64,000 bases of DNA from a plasmid. This document shows, piece by piece, positions 58,009 through 64,000 of the stretch. The stretch's first letter is position 1; every line of letters begins with the position of its first letter. A program made the position numbers and the translations under genes. The notes beneath the pieces were generated by a model, which did not search any database, had not been told where the DNA came from, and saw only the letters and a program-made list of their open reading frames with translations. Location: the sequence record NZ_CP014093.1. One strand, given 5' to 3'.

Positions 58009-58653
58009 ATGTATGAAGAATTAGTCCAAGCATTTGAAACTAAGGGTGAACGTTCCGCTATGGCGGGTATTAAGGATTTCCCTGAAACTTTATTTTGGAC
58101 AACGGTTTCTTCTGGTGGGCATAGCAAATTTGTACTCTATGAATTTCCGCTTGGTTCACAATACCGAGCTGATTTTGTCGTTGTCTGGTCGTGTTCTGGT
58201 AAATGGGAAATTACCTTCATTGAGTGCGAAAATACAGATGACAAACTAATCAATAAAAATGGGACGCCAACTCAACGATTAAACCAAGCGATATCCCAAC
58301 TAGGTGATTGGCGTCATTATATTGCAAACAATAAGCTTCAAGTTCAGCAAGACCTCGCTAAATGGTGTGCCACTAAAGATATACTGGGCTTCACTTCTGG
58401 AAAGTTTGTAGTAAATGATAGTGGTCAGTATCTTTCTGATATGGACACTGTTGTTGATTTTAAATTCAAAGTTATTATGGGGCGCAGGAATACTTATTCT
58501 CCGGAGGCTCGTAGGAAAATTGCTCAACTTGAGAGTACAAGCGGGTTTAGCTTCTCAACTTATGATCGGCTATTGTCATCTGCGCTGGAGCACGATAAAC
58601 ATGAAAATGATCGTATGGCTAGGGTCAACTTAGGTGCACCAAATTGTGTATAA
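58009..58653 (+). CDS. hypothetical cassette protein with possible PD-(D/E)xK-like nuclease motif
   Basis: RADFVVVWSCSGKWEITFIECENTDDK contains a D...E-x-E/K-like pattern. Start taken at MYEEL. The longer ORF runs through the attC. Confidence 0.4.
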   Translation: MYEELVQAFETKGERSAMAGIKDFPETLFWTTVSSGGHSKFVLYEFPLGSQYRADFVVVWSCSGKWEITFIECENTDDKLINKNGTPTQRLNQAISQLGDWRHYIANNKLQVQQDLAKWCATKDILGFTSGKFVVNDSGQYLSDMDTVVDFKFKVIMGRRNTYSPEARRKIAQLESTSGFSFSTYDRLLSSALEHDKHENDRMARVNLGAPNCV

Positions 58654-58774
58654 CAAAGCGTTTAAGACAGATTCCCAACGCTTGGCATTTTCAGTTTGAG
58701 TCCGCTTTAGTGTTTAAGGTGGCAAGGTTTTAGGTTAGGTGGCAGACGTTGCTCACTACTTAACGCGGCGTTAG
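58651..58774 (-). repeat. attC site in inverted orientation
   Basis: TAACAAAGCGTTTAAGACAGATTCCCAACGCTTGGCATTTTCAG...CTTAACGCGGCGTTA. Confidence 0.6.
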
Positions 58775-58796
58775 GTTTTTCAATGGAGATCGAGAC

Positions 58797-59525
58797 ATGA
58801 TAAAGAAAGCTTTCTTGGATAAGCAGGCTGTTAAAGCTCAAAATGAGCAAAGAACTCCTGATTTTCTACGTAGGTTATGTTTTACCGTAGTTGAGAGCGC
58901 GTTGATACAGCATTATTCTGACTCATATCCTATGCGATGCCTGCAAGCTTCAATTGCAATATCTTCAATTTTGAAAAGGGTGGGTATCAAGTCGAAAACC
59001 TGTGTAGGAGAAGTATGTGTGTCGCAAGTATTTTGCGACAGCAAGCTTGCCCCAAACTGGAACGGCTTTTGGGGAGACGACCACCATGTTTGGTTAATGA
59101 CTGAGTTTGGCGAACTTGTTGACCTCACTATTAAGTATTTACACCTTCACCCTGTGACCAAAGGTAATAGCCAACTCGAAATGCCGGCCATTTGGTGGAG
59201 TGATGCCTCTAGATGGCCTCATGTAATAAAGTACCTTCCTCAAGGACCAATTTCGGTAAAATTACCTAATGAAGAAATGATTGATCTAGACGCTTTTCAG
59301 GCAAAGGTAGACCAAGAATTAAGCCAGTTCTTGAAATCTAATTCGGTACAGCAAGTGGTGTTCCCCCCAGTATTGCATGGACCTGAATCAATGAATGACC
59401 TTTATTCCCAAGGAAACCAATGGCTAGTTAAGAGCGCAGAGCTTCAAGATGGCAAACTTCCTTATCCTCAAAGGGTTGTAGAACGTGAACGAGAACTTTT
59501 AGCATCGTGTAAAAAAGAAACCTAA
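58797..59525 (+). CDS. hypothetical cassette protein
   Basis: 242-aa ORF. Confidence 0.45.
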   Translation: MIKKAFLDKQAVKAQNEQRTPDFLRRLCFTVVESALIQHYSDSYPMRCLQASIAISSILKRVGIKSKTCVGEVCVSQVFCDSKLAPNWNGFWGDDHHVWLMTEFGELVDLTIKYLHLHPVTKGNSQLEMPAIWWSDASRWPHVIKYLPQGPISVKLPNEEMIDLDAFQAKVDQELSQFLKSNSVQQVVFPPVLHGPESMNDLYSQGNQWLVKSAELQDGKLPYPQRVVERERELLASCKKET

Positions 59526-60900
<1,375 letters not shown>

Positions 60901-60943
60901 CGTATTTATCATCCAAAGTTCATAGATTTGGAAAGGTTTTCAT

Positions 60944-61456
60944 ATGTTTACACCAGATGAACTATCAGCTTACGCAACGAGTATAGCCGCCTTAGCCGCA
61001 TTGCTATCTGCATTTGCGGCATTTAAAGCAAACAGTACCGCAAAAAGTGCAATCAAACTACAGCAACAACTAGAAAACAGTAAACTCAGTTTTATCAAAC
61101 ACCGAGAGAGCCTAAAATTACTTCAATCCATAATTTCATCTTTCGCTGAAATAGAAGCTCTCGCAAAATCAGAACGTTGTGACAAGAACAGACAAAGAAT
61201 CGATGACGTCATTTCTCGGTTCCAAAGTAATATTGAAATACTAAAGGCGATCAACTCTGAAATTGGAGCCCTGATCTACAGCTGGGAAATTGAGCGTGAA
61301 GTGGGAAGCGACTCCATACCAAGAGTGGTTTACTACATAATAGGAAACCAACGTGCGATCATTGGCGATAACTACGATGAATTTTTCAAAGCAAAGAAAC
61401 TTGAGCTAAGTAATATCCAAGAACAACTGTTTAAATCCATCGCCAAGTTTGACTAA
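60944..61456 (+). CDS. hypothetical cassette protein (N-terminal TM helix, coiled coil)
   Basis: 170-aa ORF followed by an attC. Confidence 0.45.
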   Translation: MFTPDELSAYATSIAALAALLSAFAAFKANSTAKSAIKLQQQLENSKLSFIKHRESLKLLQSIISSFAEIEALAKSERCDKNRQRIDDVISRFQSNIEILKAINSEIGALIYSWEIEREVGSDSIPRVVYYIIGNQRAIIGDNYDEFFKAKKLELSNIQEQLFKSIAKFD

Positions 61457-61462
61457 TACGTT

Positions 61463-61581
61463 TAACGCCCAGTTAAGGGGTGAAGCACGCCATGACCAAG
61501 CGACTGCATGGCACTTCAACACCGAAACCACCGCATACCAAAAATGCCACGCGTGCTGAATCCCTCTTAAACTGTTTGTTA
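61463..61581 (+). repeat. attC site
   Basis: TAACGCCCAGTTAAGGGGTGAAGCACGCC...AAAAATGCCACGCGTGCTGAATCCCTCTTAAACTGTTTGTTA. Confidence 0.65.
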
Positions 61582-61588
61582 TGTGAAT

Positions 61589-61876
61589 TTATTTCGTCTG
61601 ATAGAAAGACCTTGAGCCTACCTTTTTAAAACTCACACGATTTTGATCTTGTAGATGTCGAGCTAATGTTGCAAAAAACCAACCTGTACGATTATCAGTT
61701 TTATTCCCCTGAGGATATGCGTTTTTTACAAGATCGAGTTGTTCCTTTATGAATGCAGCTGGAACCCACTTTTCTGGAAATGCATCTTCAGACTTAAGGA
61801 TAAAATCAAATAGCTCATCCGCCATTTGATGGAACAAGACGTCGATTCTTTCTTTATGACTCATTAAAATCTCCAT
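61589..61876 (-). CDS. hypothetical cassette protein
   Basis: 95-aa ORF between two attC sites. Confidence 0.45.
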   Translation of the reverse strand: MEILMSHKERIDVLFHQMADELFDFILKSEDAFPEKWVPAAFIKEQLDLVKNAYPQGNKTDNRTGWFFATLARHLQDQNRVSFKKVGSRSFYQTK

Positions 61877-61880
61877 TCAC

Positions 61881-61994
61881 ATAACGCCCGCTTAAGTGGT
61901 GAGCAATGCGATGCTTCAGCACACCACCTAAATCACAAAAATCAACGCATGGTGAAAATGCCACGCGTTGCGAATCCGTCTTGAAGCGTTTGTT
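61881..61994 (+). repeat. attC site
   Basis: TAACGCCCGCTTAAGTGGTGAGCAATGCG...AAAATGCCACGCGTTGCGAATCCGTCTTGAAGCGTTTGTTA. Confidence 0.65.
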
Positions 61995-62021
61995 AGGTGA
62001 AGCCTTGCCTCGAAATTCATA

Positions 62022-62651
62022 CTACGCAAAAATCTCACGACGTTCTTCTGCAGTTAGCAACTTGACTTGATCATATTTGAAATTTTTCTTTAAAATCAAT
62101 TCACTTTCTCGAGATTGACCATAACACAACACTTCTGAATCATTAATTTTGATAGCAAATATAGGGCGTTCATCCACTTCGATAGATGACGCTTGAGCAT
62201 AATTTCTTAGACCAGCATAATCTGTAGCCCATGAGTTTCCGATGCTTTCAACACTTTCACCCACTCGACCGATTCGATATAGATCCAACTTTTTACCATT
62301 TGGGCTATATGTCTGCTCAAACTTAGAAAGATCAAAATGAAAGCAATCATAATTGCCAGAGATTACATCTGATGTATATAACTTAAGCAGAATTTCTTTT
62401 TTATTAGGATCTTGCCAAATCACCTGGACATCCTCTTTATGACAGGACAAGAAGTGAAGTAAAACTTCTAGGTTTTCGCCATGTTCATCAGAGTAAAATT
62501 CACCCTGGAAGTCTTCGATAGATTTCAACGCTGTACTGAGATATTGCATTTCATCTGACGTCAAGTAACCAGTCAAATACTCAGTATCAATACCAATGAC
62601 ATTAAAAAGCTCTTTCAAAAATGGGGTCATATCATTCACTACATCGTTCAA
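62022..62651 (-). CDS. hypothetical cassette protein
   Basis: 209-aa ORF between attC sites. Confidence 0.45.
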   Translation of the reverse strand: MNDVVNDMTPFLKELFNVIGIDTEYLTGYLTSDEMQYLSTALKSIEDFQGEFYSDEHGENLEVLLHFLSCHKEDVQVIWQDPNKKEILLKLYTSDVISGNYDCFHFDLSKFEQTYSPNGKKLDLYRIGRVGESVESIGNSWATDYAGLRNYAQASSIEVDERPIFAIKINDSEVLCYGQSRESELILKKNFKYDQVKLLTAEERREIFA

Positions 62652-62690
62652 TAATTACTAATTGATTATCTCGATTTTAATTGGCTCACC

Positions 62691-62810
62691 TAACGCCCTG
62701 TTAAGGTGTGAGCAACGCAATACCGATGCCGCTGCATACCACCTTAATCACTAAATTCAACGCATAGTAAAAATGCCACGCGTTGCGAATCACTCTTAAA
62801 CAGTTTGTTA
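62691..62810 (+). repeat. attC site
   Basis: TAACGCCCTGTTAAGGTGTGAGCAACGCAATACCGATGCCGCTGCATACCACC...AATCACTCTTAAACAGTTTGTTA. Confidence 0.7.
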
Positions 62811-62818
62811 GGGCGGTG

Positions 62819-63319
62819 CTAAATGGTGCACTTTTTCCATGCTTCTAGCACGCGATTGTATTCTTTATTTAATCCAGCTACACCTTGTACACTCTTAGCT
62901 GGGGCAGTTGGAGGTGTACCTAATATTGATTCATTCCAATCAACCCACTTTACTCCAGATGAAATAGTTTGCGCGTAGTTAAATGCATTTGGTGACTGTA
63001 ATTGGTAACTTTCATTTGCATCAAGATTAACTTGGCAAATTCCGCGAACGATCGTTCCTTCGATACCAACGACAAGATCACCCTTTTTCATTGAGAAAAG
63101 AGACCACATTACCTTAGATGCATGACCTTCTTCACCATAAGCCAACTTGTTTAAGGCATTAACCGTTTCTAGGAACTCATTTTTATAATTGTTAGTAACT
63201 AACGGTAGCAACAAAGACAAATCGCCAAGTTTCGGCCAACCTTGAGCCACAACTTTTCGATATTTAAGCTCTTCATAAGACGTGTAATCTCGATCAATTG
63301 CTAACCACCAAATATTCAT
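62819..63319 (-). CDS. hypothetical cassette protein (start at MNIWW)
   Basis: ORF. The longer track version runs into the next attC. Confidence 0.45.
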   Translation of the reverse strand: MNIWWLAIDRDYTSYEELKYRKVVAQGWPKLGDLSLLLPLVTNNYKNEFLETVNALNKLAYGEEGHASKVMWSLFSMKKGDLVVGIEGTIVRGICQVNLDANESYQLQSPNAFNYAQTISSGVKWVDWNESILGTPPTAPAKSVQGVAGLNKEYNRVLEAWKKCTI

Positions 63320-63347
63320 ATTATTAACCTTTATCTTTGTAAGCCCT

Positions 63348-63466
63348 AACGCCCTGTTAAGGGGTGAGCAACGCAATACAGAAGCCACCGCAAACCACCT
63401 TAAACACTAAAACCAACGCATAGTGAAAATGCCACGCGTTGCGAATCACTCTTAAACAGTTTGTTA
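63348..63466 (+). repeat. attC site
   Basis: TAACGCCCTGTTAAGGGGTGAGCAACGCAATACAGAAGCCACCGC...AATCACTCTTAAACAGTTTGTTA. Confidence 0.7.
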
Positions 63467-63479
63467 TAACACAGTTTTA

Positions 63480-63763
63480 CACGTCATCTTCCGATAAAAT
63501 TTGACGACAATTACGAACTGTTAGTACGCGAATTTCGTGACTTAAACTGTAGATAATACGATAGTGACCAAAGATGATTTCACGATAATTCGTATGGGGC
63601 ATTTCAGGAACAAACCGCCCATTTCAGGCATACTTCCAAGGAGTTCAGTTTTATCAAAAACTTCATTTACCCACCTCTCTGCCGCAGGTGGATTATCCAA
63701 AGAAATAAACTCCGCGGCATCACCTAGTTTCTGAAGTGCTAATGGAGACCAGACTACTTTCAT
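63480..63763 (-). CDS. parE: ParE/RelE-family toxin, -1 frameshift at about 63605 (lost C in GGCC)
   Basis: MKVVWSPLALQKLGDAAEFI...MPEMGG then in the -1 frame RFVPEMPHTNYREIIFGHYRIIYSL. Confidence 0.7.
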
Positions 63764-64000
63764 TTCTTAATGCGCCCAAGTACTTGAGCACGCGCATCAT
63801 CATTGGAAACACCGAGACCAGAAGCTAACTGAGCTTCTGCTGTGCGCATTTCTTCCAGTAATTCGATTTTCTCTTGCATTGCTTCATACTCAGCAACATC
63901 GAGAACAACAGCAACACCTTTGCCACGTTGCGTAATAACCAATGGACGACGAGTCTCATTGATTTGTTTGATGTATGAAGCTACACCGGCACGAAACTCA
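63760..64000 (-). CDS. Phd/YefM-family antitoxin (N-terminus beyond the window end)
   Basis: ...RRPLVITQRGKGVAVVLDVAEYEAMQEKIELLE. Overlaps the toxin by 4 nt. Confidence 0.7.
   Translation of the reverse strand, partial: EFRAGVASYIKQINETRRPLVITQRGKGVAVVLDVAEYEAMQEKIELLEEMRTAEAQLASGLGVSNDDARAQVLGRIKK

Overview
This 64-kb window looks like a Vibrio-type accessory region made of two different blocks. No tRNA, rRNA or CRISPR array was recognised by eye.

Block 1, 1 to about 29.9 kb, is a phage-like element. It opens with an iteron/DnaA-box/GATC-rich origin-like region. Genes I can recognise are an HTH regulator, ssb, a VRR-NUC nuclease, two HU/IHF-like proteins, a Dam-type N6-adenine methyltransferase, a MazEF module, small and large terminase subunits, a PadR regulator, a Ref-like HNH protein and a SWIM zinc-finger protein. 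Thirteen or more copies of a 10-bp motif TGTTCGGAAT / ATTCCGAACA sit in its intergenic regions. The element is mosaic. An AT-rich stretch in its middle carries:
- a 301-aa protein with an R-x4-H motif;
- tyrosine-integrase fragments in scrambled order;
- an orphan HlyD adaptor;
- a cspA gene with a duplicated leader;
- a four-gene minus-strand operon (small protein, KAP-family P-loop NTPase, GNAT acetyltransferase, HTH antidote-like protein). This operon is my best candidate for an undescribed defence or toxin-like module.

Block 2, about 29.9 to 64 kb, opens with a GGDEF/EAL gene and a Cache-GGDEF gene, each followed by an attC-like site, and then continues as an integron cassette array with about 15 attC sites of roughly 120 bp. 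It carries ccdAB, a DUF1778/GNAT pair, ParE/YefM, an OsmC-like protein and GNAT acetyltransferases. Mobile DNA in the array includes an IS200/IS605 element with TnpB, an IS110 copy split by two inverted IS30 copies that appear to have inverted a 1.7-kb two-cassette segment, a group II intron with a recognisable domain V, and IS5 and IS481 fragments. A 13-kb block of core-like genes (acnA, nhaA, hflKC, csp) is embedded in the array.

At least 15 genes carry -1 frameshifts. Every one I traced by hand is a single-base deletion inside a 2 to 6-nt homopolymer. I read this as a sequencing-error signature rather than pseudogenisation.
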